A stretch of 56,590 nucleotides of DNA from an uncultured Spirochaetota bacterium (GTDB lineage: Bacteria; Spirochaetota; UBA4802; UBA5368). How positions within the stretch are numbered: the first letter of the stretch is position 1; each line of letters begins with the position of its first letter. Positions 28,541 to 36,171 of this stretch are shown here, in pieces. The translations under genes and the position numbers were made by a program. Where the stretch lies: assembly GCA_937864375.1 (NCBI GenBank), contig CALMJO010000262.1:1-56590 (forward strand), read 5' to 3'. The notes under the pieces were generated by a model, which was given only the letters and a program-made list of their open reading frames with translations, had not been told where the DNA came from and did not search any database.

Positions 28541-28544
28541 TGTC

Positions 28545-29321
28545 TCACCTGAACGATTTCACGAGTTCGTAGACGAGCAGGTTCCACCCGTCCACCAGTA
28601 TGAACAGCACGAGCTTGAACGGCAGCGATATCATCACGGGCGGCAGCATGATCATGCCCATGGCCATGAGCGCGCTCGCCACGATCATGTCTATCACGAT
28701 GAAGGGAATGAAGAGATACACTCCGATCTCGAAGGCCTTCTTTAATTCGCTGATCATGAACGCCGGAATGAGGCAGTACGTGGGAACCTCGGCCTCGGTC
28801 CTGGGCTTTTCGATCTTCGCGAGATCTATGAACAGCGCGATGTCCCTCGTGCGCGTGTTCCTGAGCATGAACTGGCGCAACGGCGCCATGCCCTGGTCGT
28901 AGAACTGCTCGTTGTTTATTTTCCCCTTGAGGTAGGGTTGCAGCGCCTTTTCGTTTATCTCGGTGAACGTGGGCGCCATGATGAATATGGTCAGGAATAT
29001 GGCCAGCCCCACGATCACCTGCGTAGGCGGCATCTGCTGGAGGCTCAGCGCTCTCTTCACGAAGTCGAGCACGATCACCACGCGCGTGAACGCGGTCATC
29101 ATCATGATGATCGCGGGGGCGAGGGTGAGTATGGTAAGGAGAAAGAGCACCTGCATGGAGAGCGCCACGTCCTTGGGCGTCGCCGCCTCCTTGATGTCGA
29201 AGGTGATCTTGGGAATGGGCATGCGCACGTTCTCCTGCGCGAAGAGCGCGCCGGCGGGGATGAGTATCGCGGCCGCTACCGCAAGTATGATGATCGTGCG
29301 CCTATTCATGATCCGAGCCAT
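28545..29321 (-). CDS. fliP: Flagellar export apparatus protein FliP
   Basis: Motifs TSFTRVVIVL...RALSLQQMPPTQVIVGLAIFLT and FMISELKKAFEIG. Confidence 0.95.
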   Translation of the reverse strand: MARIMNRRTIIILAVAAAILIPAGALFAQENVRMPIPKITFDIKEAATPKDVALSMQVLFLLTILTLAPAIIMMMTAFTRVVIVLDFVKRALSLQQMPPTQVIVGLAIFLTIFIMAPTFTEINEKALQPYLKGKINNEQFYDQGMAPLRQFMLRNTRTRDIALFIDLAKIEKPRTEAEVPTYCLIPAFMISELKKAFEIGVYLFIPFIVIDMIVASALMAMGMIMLPPVMISLPFKLVLFILVDGWNLLVYELVKSFR

Positions 29322-30072
29322 TGAGCTTTTTCAGCCGGTCCTTCTGGACCGAAAGGTAATTGAGCCGGTCGACCTCGCTTTCCTGCCCCTCGAAATGAAA
29401 CTTCATTCCCGGACCCTGTGCCCCCCCGCCACCAGGCCTTTTCTTGAGTATCTTCGCGATCTGGTTCGTGAGAAATTCCTGGAATGAAAAGGTGCTCGCG
29501 GCAATCGCCCTGGAGCCGGCGAGGCGGATGCGGTCTATCTCGTCCTTGTCCTTTATCTCCATGATCAGGTTGATGCTGCCGTCGGTGACCCCGAGCACGA
29601 GCACCTTGCCCGCCAGGTCCACGATCTGCAGAAACTTGTTCTGCCCCAGCGGGACCACGGAGAGGGTCTGTGCGACATCGCCCCCCGGCATGGAGATGCC
29701 CGCCTTCCTGGTGACGAATCGGAAGAAGTAATAGAACCCGCCCACCAGCACGCCCAGGATGAACAGGGTCTTGATGATCACCCAGGCATACGATTCCTCG
29801 TCGACCTTGGGCTCCTCGAACTTGTAAAGCTCTTCCCCGGCCTCGCTGCGCTTCTCATCCCTGGAACGTTCATCGCGCCCGTTTTCCCTGGATTCGCGCG
29901 GGTCGGATTCAGCCTTGGCGGCGGATTTTTTTTCGGCCGCCGCGGCCACGCGCGTGCGGTCCTTCTCCCCGGCGGCGAAGATGGGACATAATCCAATACC
30001 GATGGAAAAAAAGAGAGCAACGACGCACGCCGCCCCCCTGTTCGCCCATTTCTTTTCAATTAAGTTCTTCAT
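29302..30072 (-). CDS. fliO: FliO/FliZ family flagellar protein with a long charged N-terminal region
   Basis: The TM helix plus core (IIKTLFILGVLVGGFYYFF...TLSVVPLGQNKFLQIVDLAGKVLVLGVTDGSINLI) matches FliO. The ATG at 30072 is preferred. The gene is upstream of fliP. Confidence 0.7.
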   Translation of the reverse strand: MKNLIEKKWANRGAACVVALFFSIGIGLCPIFAAGEKDRTRVAAAAEKKSAAKAESDPRESRENGRDERSRDEKRSEAGEELYKFEEPKVDEESYAWVIIKTLFILGVLVGGFYYFFRFVTRKAGISMPGGDVAQTLSVVPLGQNKFLQIVDLAGKVLVLGVTDGSINLIMEIKDKDEIDRIRLAGSRAIAASTFSFQEFLTNQIAKILKKRPGGGGAQGPGMKFHFEGQESEVDRLNYLSVQKDRLKKLNGSDHE

Positions 30073-30129
30073 TCCAAATAGCATGCAATCCGCATGAGCG
30101 GGCCCCGGGCCCGCCAACGCTTCACATCC

Positions 30130-31197
30130 TTACTGAATCTTGGCGAGCCTTTCGTCCTTGCTCACGATATCGGTCACGCGCACGCCGAAATTTTCATCGA
30201 TGACCACGACCTCGCCCTTGGCTATGAGCTTGCCGTTCACCAGCAGGTCCACGGGTTCGCCCGCGAGCTTGTCGAGCTCGATGATGGATCCCTCGCCCAG
30301 TCCCAGGATGTCCTTCACGAGCTGCCGGGTTCGTCCCAGCTCCACGGTAAGGGTCATAGGCACGTCGAGCAGCAGGCTTATGTTCCCGCTCACCCCGGAG
30401 GGAAGCCCTTCGCCCAGGGGCGGGAACTTCACCGGGGAAATCCCCACCTGGGCCACGCTCTGCTGCATCATCTGCTGCTGGGGCTGGTATGACTGCTGCA
30501 TTGACGGCCCCATCTGCGGCTGCATGCCCTTTACGATGCTCATCGCGAGGGGCATCTCCATGATCTGGTAAAAGCGCGAATTGACTATCCCCTCGATATT
30601 GATGTTGAAGGTGATCTTCGCCAGGTCGCCGGCGCCGGGAAACTTGAGCTCCCCGGGACCGTTTACCACGGACAGGACGGGCGGCGTCGTGTTGACCGGC
30701 TTGCCCAGGCGCTCGGAAAACTGCGTGGCCGCGGACGAGAGCATCTGCCCCACGAATTCCTGGATGGTGCTCTGGTGCGCCTCGGTGAGTTCCGCAGGCG
30801 GGGCCCCGGTCTCGTCCCCCATCATGAGGGAGGAGATGACCTCGGCGTCGTTCATGTTGAACAGGATGAGGCTCTTTCCGCCCACGCCCCCGGTAAAGCC
30901 CATCCCGACCTGGATGTACTGCTTGTTGAATTCTCCGCGCAGCGCGTCGACGGCCTTGACCTCGACCATCGCGTTGGTGATCTTGACATTCTTGCCCAGG
31001 TACGCCGAAAGCGACGGGGCCGCCACGCTCATCGCGCGGTCCACGGAATCCGCTACGGTTTCCCGCTCGACGGGCGAGAGCGCACCCCCGCCCTGCGGCG
31101 CTTCCATGGCCGCCGGCATCCCGGGAGATGAGATCATATCGTCTGCGCCCTGCAATAGGGCATCTATTTCATCTTGTGATAATGAGCCGTCACCCAT
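30130..31197 (-). CDS. fliY: Flagellar motor switch protein FliY (CheC-like domain plus FliN/SpoA domain)
   Basis: N-terminus LSQDEIDALLQG. C-terminus LLLDVPMTLTVELGRTRQLVKDILGLGEGSIIELDKLAGEPVDLLVNGKLIAKGEVVVIDENFGVRVTDIV, which is an FliN domain. The 355-aa length fits FliY. Confidence 0.85.
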   Translation of the reverse strand: MGDGSLSQDEIDALLQGADDMISSPGMPAAMEAPQGGGALSPVERETVADSVDRAMSVAAPSLSAYLGKNVKITNAMVEVKAVDALRGEFNKQYIQVGMGFTGGVGGKSLILFNMNDAEVISSLMMGDETGAPPAELTEAHQSTIQEFVGQMLSSAATQFSERLGKPVNTTPPVLSVVNGPGELKFPGAGDLAKITFNINIEGIVNSRFYQIMEMPLAMSIVKGMQPQMGPSMQQSYQPQQQMMQQSVAQVGISPVKFPPLGEGLPSGVSGNISLLLDVPMTLTVELGRTRQLVKDILGLGEGSIIELDKLAGEPVDLLVNGKLIAKGEVVVIDENFGVRVTDIVSKDERLAKIQ

Positions 31198-31231
31198 TGT
31201 TCCCTCCTCGCATCAGGATTGCCCCGGCGAA

Positions 31232-31777
31232 CTAGTTTACGATAAACTCCTTGAAATACACTTCCTTCACCTTTCCGGCAATGAGCACCGTGTTCACGTG
31301 GGCCTTTATCTCCTCCGCCAGACTGATGATGTCCTCGACCGAATCGAGCTCCTCATAGCTCTTGCTGCGGAGGATGATGTTGATCATGTGCTGCATCTGT
31401 ACGAGCCTTTTCCCAAGCTCAATTGAGAGCTGCTGGTTTTCATCGTATCCGAGCGAGAGCGACACCTTCGCGAAATGCGGATCGGAGTCCTTCGTGGTAA
31501 TCGAGAAGGTCGGCACATCGTAATAATTGAGCGGCGCGGGAGGGGGCGCGGTCACGATATCGACCGTTTTCTCGTAGCGCTTTTCCTCCAGGTACCGGTT
31601 CACCAGGTAGGAGATACCGATCATCAGGAACACCGCGAGCACCGCCCCCGCCACGTACATCAGGATCTTTACGATCTTGGATGCATCAGCCCTGGGGCCG
31701 GCCGCGGCCTCCGGCTTGGCACCCTCCTGCTCCTCGTCGCCGACCTCGTCGACGTTTACCCTTTCTTCATCACCCAT
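31232..31777 (-). CDS. fliL: Flagellar basal-body-associated protein FliL (ATG 31777 with a GAGAGGA SD; the track start is 31807)
   Basis: Has a TM helix (ILMYVAGAVLAVFLMIGISYLV) and an FliL core (FSITTKDSDPHFAKVSLSLGYD...MINIILRSKSYEEL). Confidence 0.8.
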   Translation of the reverse strand: MGDEERVNVDEVGDEEQEGAKPEAAAGPRADASKIVKILMYVAGAVLAVFLMIGISYLVNRYLEEKRYEKTVDIVTAPPPAPLNYYDVPTFSITTKDSDPHFAKVSLSLGYDENQQLSIELGKRLVQMQHMINIILRSKSYEELDSVEDIISLAEEIKAHVNTVLIAGKVKEVYFKEFIVN

Positions 31778-31893
31778 GCGCGTCCTCTCTGCAGAGCCGG
31801 GATCCACGACCCGGCCGCGCTATGTAATTAATATAAGCAATCCCACCGCGGAAGCGTTACCACAACTGCCTGATTGATGGCCGGTTTGCTGAC

Positions 31894-31929
31894 ACACTAA
31901 TAAATTAATTGAAAAATGTCAATTAATTT
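31894..31929 (-). promoter_or_regulatory. Candidate sigma-70 promoter overlapped by a perfect 11-bp inverted repeat (putative operator) upstream of fliL
   Basis: On the minus strand, TTGACA (31922-31917), a 17-nt spacer, then TAGTGT (31899-31894). The inverted repeat is AAATTAATTGA (31902-31912) and TCAATTAATTT (31919-31929), separated by 6 nt. Confidence 0.4.
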
Positions 31930-31973
31930 CTAATTATGTCGCCAAACCCGCACATACAAAACCAGTGGAAAGT

Positions 31974-32171
31974 TCATGTTCTTTCTACCACGAACACCGA
32001 GCGCTGGTACTCGGTGATCTTTACAAGAACCTCCCCGGTCTTTTCCCTGACCAGGTACTTTCGATCATTGATCAGCGTGATGACGGTGTCGGGCCTGGCG
32101 TCGATCGTCTCGATGAGGTTCGCGTTCAGGACGAATTCCTCCCCGTTGAATTTGTGCAGCGTCACCATCAT
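31974..32171 (-). CDS. flbD: Flagellar protein FlbD
   Basis: 65 aa. VTLHKFNGEEFVLNANLIETIDARPDTVITLINDRKYLVREKTGEVL matches the FlbD consensus. It overlaps the upstream gene by 4 nt. Confidence 0.85.
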   Translation of the reverse strand: MMVTLHKFNGEEFVLNANLIETIDARPDTVITLINDRKYLVREKTGEVLVKITEYQRSVFVVERT

Positions 32172-33061
32172 CGCCCCCTGATCCTCTCGATAATCTCCCG
32201 GTATTCCCTCATTCCCAGCTTGCGCGCCGCCGAGGGGCTCACCCCCGGTTCGCTACTATCATATATCGGCACGCGGGCCGACTTGAATAACTCCTCAAAC
32301 CACATCCTGGCGGACAGGAAGGGGGGATTGGTATGGAACAGCATCCCCTCCCTCCTGATTTCATACATGCGGTTCGCCCGAATGGCCGCATATTCCGCCG
32401 ATTCGGCGGGTATCATCCTGGAAGCGACGCGGACGAAGCGGTCCAGGGAAACCGCTCCCCTGGCGTAGTATGAGCGCCGGAACCCAAGGTCATTGCCGGT
32501 AAGGGCCAGCGAGCGGATGGCGCATCCCAGCGCGAGGGAAACCGCCTGGCTGAGCACCACGCTCCCGGTCGCGACGAAGCCAAGGTCCTCACCCGCCATA
32601 CGCCACAGGTCCTCGTAAAATTCCCCCTTGAGCATCCAGTTATAGAAGGAAATGTCGCCCCGCCAGTGCAAAAGGGTCCGGTGCGACATGCAGCTGAAGG
32701 CAAGGAGGTGCATTTCATCGGTCGGGACGCCCTGGAAAAAGGGCATGGGCGTCGTCTCGCAGGAAATGACGAAATGGGGGCGGATTCCCGCCGCTGCGAG
32801 CGGGCGAAGCGCCATGTCCGCGGCGATCAGGACCACGTCCAGCCTCCGGAAGCACTTTCGCAGGTCCGGGATGGCGCGATCGAGGGAAGGACCGGCACCG
32901 ATAACTATCGCATGCCTGCCCGCAAGCCTTTCAACCACCCGCGCCAGGCCGCCGTGAAGCGCTATGAGCTCCAGGTTTTTATTGCAGTTGCGCCGCAGGG
33001 CGCGGGCCCTCTCCCCCAGGATGCCCGTGTTGATGCGGTCGTAGAGATCGGATTTATTCAT
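32168..33061 (-). CDS. DUF115 / motility-associated-factor (Maf, MptE-like) protein (the ATG at 33061 is preferred)
   Basis: AIVIGAGPSLDRAIPDL...VVLIAADMALRPLAAAGIRPHFVISCET matches the DUF115 core (iGnGPSL ... a.d.a...l...gi.Pd..v..D). It overlaps the upstream gene as ATGAATAA. Confidence 0.65.
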   Translation of the reverse strand: MNKSDLYDRINTGILGERARALRRNCNKNLELIALHGGLARVVERLAGRHAIVIGAGPSLDRAIPDLRKCFRRLDVVLIAADMALRPLAAAGIRPHFVISCETTPMPFFQGVPTDEMHLLAFSCMSHRTLLHWRGDISFYNWMLKGEFYEDLWRMAGEDLGFVATGSVVLSQAVSLALGCAIRSLALTGNDLGFRRSYYARGAVSLDRFVRVASRMIPAESAEYAAIRANRMYEIRREGMLFHTNPPFLSARMWFEELFKSARVPIYDSSEPGVSPSAARKLGMREYREIIERIRGR

Positions 33062-34175
33062 AGCCCTGATCCGGGCTCTCCCGGTACCCGGCCCCCACCG
33101 GGATGATCCTCGCACGGGGCTGCGCCGGGCGTATCAGTGCGGATACCGTCACGAACATGTATCCCTTCGCGCGCAGGCCGTCGATGATTGCCGGGAGGGC
33201 CTCGACAGTCGCCGCGCTGTCACCGCGCATGTGCAGGAGCACGATCGAACCGTTCCGGGCCCCCTCCAGGACCAGGCTCGCTATCCGGCCGCCGGCGGCC
33301 ATCTGGTAATCCTGGGGCGAAACGTCCCAGAGCACCGTTTTCATACCCAGGTCGCGTGCTGCCTCCACGACCGAATCGTTGTATTCCCCGTATGGAGGCC
33401 TGAATAGGACCGTGGTGTATCCCGTAAGTCCGCGGATGGCGTCCTGGACGCTTGCCATGTCCGCGCGCGCGGCGTCCGCTTTCAATTTTGACATGTTTTG
33501 ATGGCCGTAGGTGTGATTTCCTATCTCGAAAACCGGGATACGGCTTATTCGCTGCACTACATCGGTATGGGCCGCGGCGAACTGCCCGGTGAGGAAGAAG
33601 GTCGCCGGGGTGCGGTAATCATGAAGCGTGTCAAGAAGCCTGTGGTAGAGGTCCGCGCTCCCCCCGGGACTCCCCGCGTCAAAGGTAAGGGCGATCTTCG
33701 CATCATCGCGGGAACCATGGTACACGATATCCCCTGCGGTGAATACCGGAACGGCTTTCATGAACGCAACGGGCCTCAACTCGACCTTGCGGATCGTCGT
33801 CGCGACGGGTTTGGGTACCACGCTCGTGGCGTGCGGCCTGACCTTGGCCTCGTCGGGACCGGATTTCGCCCTGGACGGCTCCGCGGGCTCCGCCTGGTGG
33901 CGCCCCTGTCCGCCGCCCGCGTCCTCCTCCCGGGGGCTCTTCCGGATCATTCCACCCACGCTCTCGCCCTGCCTGATGACGCCCTCCCTGTAAAGGGTAA
34001 GCACCCTGAATACCAGGGGATAGATCCGCTCACGAACGCCCTGCCCCGTCCGGTCCGTGAGCAGTCCGCGCTGGTAGGCGAGCGCCGCCGCGAGAAGCAG
34101 CGCCACGAGCACCGCCGGCATGGCGTTTTTCTTAATCTTGGCTTTCAGCCTGTCTTTCATAGTGAACATGGACAC
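33054..34175 (-). CDS. Membrane-anchored polysaccharide deacetylase (NodB homology domain)
   Basis: 373 aa with an N-terminal TM helix. The NodB motifs are ALTFDAGS (the second Asp of TFDD is replaced by Ala), NHTYGH and RPPYG. Confidence 0.75.
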   Translation of the reverse strand: MSMFTMKDRLKAKIKKNAMPAVLVALLLAAALAYQRGLLTDRTGQGVRERIYPLVFRVLTLYREGVIRQGESVGGMIRKSPREEDAGGGQGRHQAEPAEPSRAKSGPDEAKVRPHATSVVPKPVATTIRKVELRPVAFMKAVPVFTAGDIVYHGSRDDAKIALTFDAGSPGGSADLYHRLLDTLHDYRTPATFFLTGQFAAAHTDVVQRISRIPVFEIGNHTYGHQNMSKLKADAARADMASVQDAIRGLTGYTTVLFRPPYGEYNDSVVEAARDLGMKTVLWDVSPQDYQMAAGGRIASLVLEGARNGSIVLLHMRGDSAATVEALPAIIDGLRAKGYMFVTVSALIRPAQPRARIIPVGAGYRESPDQGYE

Positions 34176-34424
34176 GCGAAACCGGGAGTCGCCCCGGGGT
34201 CGCCCTTATATATAATCGACCGATTTACCCGCCGGCAAAATACCGGCAGGGAATTTTATGTTGTGCTGGACCGGAATCGCGCGCTATACTATGCGTACCC
34301 CTGCGTGAATTCGCCGTCCGAAATCGCCGGGTTCAATCCCCGGGCGGCCGATCCCGCACCCCATGGAGCCGCCGGGGCAATCCTGGCGGGGCTGTTCCCG
34401 CCACTCACGCTGCAGGAGGATATC

Positions 34425-34937
34425 ATGGAAGCGATGGAATCGATTCTCTCCAGGAGAAGCATAAGAAAATACACCGGGGACGCCGTCCCGGAAGACGTCG
34501 TGGAGCAGGTGCTCAAGGCGGCGATGAGCGCACCCTCCGCCGGAAACCAGCAACCCTGGCATTTCGTGGTAATGCGGGAACGCGCCATCCTCGATCGCAT
34601 CCCGGGGGTGCACCCGCACTCGCTCATGATCAGGGAGGCCCCCGTCGCCGTACTCGTATGCGCCGATCCCACCCTGGAAACGCACAAGGGCTACTGGGTC
34701 CAGGACTGTGCCGCCGCGACCGAGAACATGCTCATCGCGGTCCAGGCGCTGGGTTACGGCGCCGTATGGCTGGGAGTGTATCCGCGCGAGGAGAGGGTGA
34801 CCGGGATCAGGGCGCTGCTGGGCATTCCGGAACACGTGATCCCCTTTGCGCTCGTTCCCATCGGCCGTCCCGCCGAGCAGAAACCGGCATCGCAGCGCTA
34901 CACGAGGGAGAAGGTCCACGTTGGCCGATGGCAGTGA
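34425..34937 (+). CDS. Nitroreductase family protein
   Basis: 170 aa starting at the ATG at 34425, with an AGGAGGA SD. Motifs SRRSIRKYTGD, APSAGNQQPWHFVV and GAVWLG. The rest of track ORF 33498..34937 is antisense to the deacetylase gene. Confidence 0.8.
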   Translation: MEAMESILSRRSIRKYTGDAVPEDVVEQVLKAAMSAPSAGNQQPWHFVVMRERAILDRIPGVHPHSLMIREAPVAVLVCADPTLETHKGYWVQDCAAATENMLIAVQALGYGAVWLGVYPREERVTGIRALLGIPEHVIPFALVPIGRPAEQKPASQRYTREKVHVGRWQ

Positions 34938-34945
34938 GGGCGGCC

Positions 34946-35584
34946 TCAGGCACCATCTTCCTCAAGCTTTTCCGTGAAACTGCGGAGCTTCTTTTTCACC
35001 AGGGTCACGATCACCAGCGCCAGGACAATGCAAAGCATGAGGATGAGAAAACCGAACTGGCTGCGCGCCATCCATTCCATGAGCCATTCCTTCCTGCTCG
35101 CGCCAAAGTAGCCAAGGTACACCCACACGGGCACGCTGATGACCGCGGCAACGCCGTCTATGAGCAGGAATACGGGCATGGACACGAAGCGGGTAATGCC
35201 TGTGGTCAGGAAAATCGGGGTCCGGAGCCCCGGCATGAAGCGCGCGGCGAACAGGAGCCATCGGCCATACCGTGAAAGCCAGTTCCGGATCCCATCGTAG
35301 CGCTCGGGCGTGAGCAGGCGTTGAACCCATCCTATCGCCAGGAACCTGGTCCCAAAATGCCTTCCCAGGCAGTAGACGGTGGAATCGCCGATGAGCACCC
35401 CCGCGAGCCCCACCGCGAACATTACATGCACGTTCGCGAATCCAAGTCCCGAGATTATCCCTCCCGACACCAGCGAAATGTCCTCGGGAATGGGCACCCC
35501 GAAACCGCATATTATCAGAAGGCCGAATACCGCCGCATAGCCGTAGTGCTCAAAAAACGGGATAAAAGTCTGCAAATCAATCAC
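34946..35584 (-). CDS. dedA: DedA family membrane protein (GTG 35584 is preferred; it overlaps the upstream ORF stop as GTGA)
   Basis: FFEHYGYAAVFGLLIICGFGVPIPEDISLVSGG...LGRHFG matches the DedA/SNARE-associated pattern. Confidence 0.8.
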   Translation of the reverse strand: MIDLQTFIPFFEHYGYAAVFGLLIICGFGVPIPEDISLVSGGIISGLGFANVHVMFAVGLAGVLIGDSTVYCLGRHFGTRFLAIGWVQRLLTPERYDGIRNWLSRYGRWLLFAARFMPGLRTPIFLTTGITRFVSMPVFLLIDGVAAVISVPVWVYLGYFGASRKEWLMEWMARSQFGFLILMLCIVLALVIVTLVKKKLRSFTEKLEEDGA

Positions 35585-35946
35585 TCGCTTACCTCTATGA
35601 ATGCGTCGGTCCAAGCGCGACTCCGTTCCCGCGGGTCAGGAGGAATGGCCGGAATCAATGCACACCTGCCCTCATGCCTTTCGCCATGCACCTTCCGGGC
35701 CGATGCGGAATACTCACGCCGGGTTCCGCCTCGAAAGCCCGTTCTCGCGATCAGGGCCTGCACGAGACTGAATGGTATCGCATTCCGCCAATATACATCC
35801 CCATGCCGGCTATGGCAATCATGAATTCCCGGGGATATATCGAAACCGACATCGGCACTAAGACAGGTTTCTTCAAGCACACATCCCCGCATGGGAATCA
35901 TTCTTTTACAATGCTCATGCGGCACGCGAGCGGGAATGCATTTCAT
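35581..35946 (-). CDS. Hypothetical Cys/His-rich protein, 121 aa, translationally coupled to dedA
   Basis: The ATG at 35946 lies 9 nt after a GGAGG SD, and the stop TGA overlaps the dedA GTG. Sequence is MKCIPARVPHEHCKRMIPMRGCVLEETCLSADVGFDISPGIHDCHSRHGDVYW.... GC3 is only about 56%, and no family was recognised. Confidence 0.35.
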   Translation of the reverse strand: MKCIPARVPHEHCKRMIPMRGCVLEETCLSADVGFDISPGIHDCHSRHGDVYWRNAIPFSLVQALIARTGFRGGTRREYSASARKVHGERHEGRCALIPAIPPDPRERSRAWTDAFIEVSE

Positions 35947-36171
35947 GCCCATTTTCCTCCTTGACCCGCAGAGTCCGAGGCCGAGGGAAGCCAATGTATC
36001 GAATTCAGGCATGCACAAGGGAACACAAATTCCCATCCCGCCGCGGGCACGCAACCGCGCCGTTGTTTCACGCCCGATCCTGCCGTTAAATCGGCTTTAC
36101 ATAATAGAGCGCATCGCGGATTATTCCCGGGACCTTAACGGAATGCAGCCTGTTTTAATAGAGGTAACCAT

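Noticed and set aside
33498-34424. N-terminal 309 codons of the 479-aa plus-strand ORF that ends as the nitroreductase
   Set aside because: This part is antisense to the NodB deacetylase and crosses the divergent intergenic region. The nitroreductase domain begins at ATG 34425, which has a perfect AGGAGGA SD.
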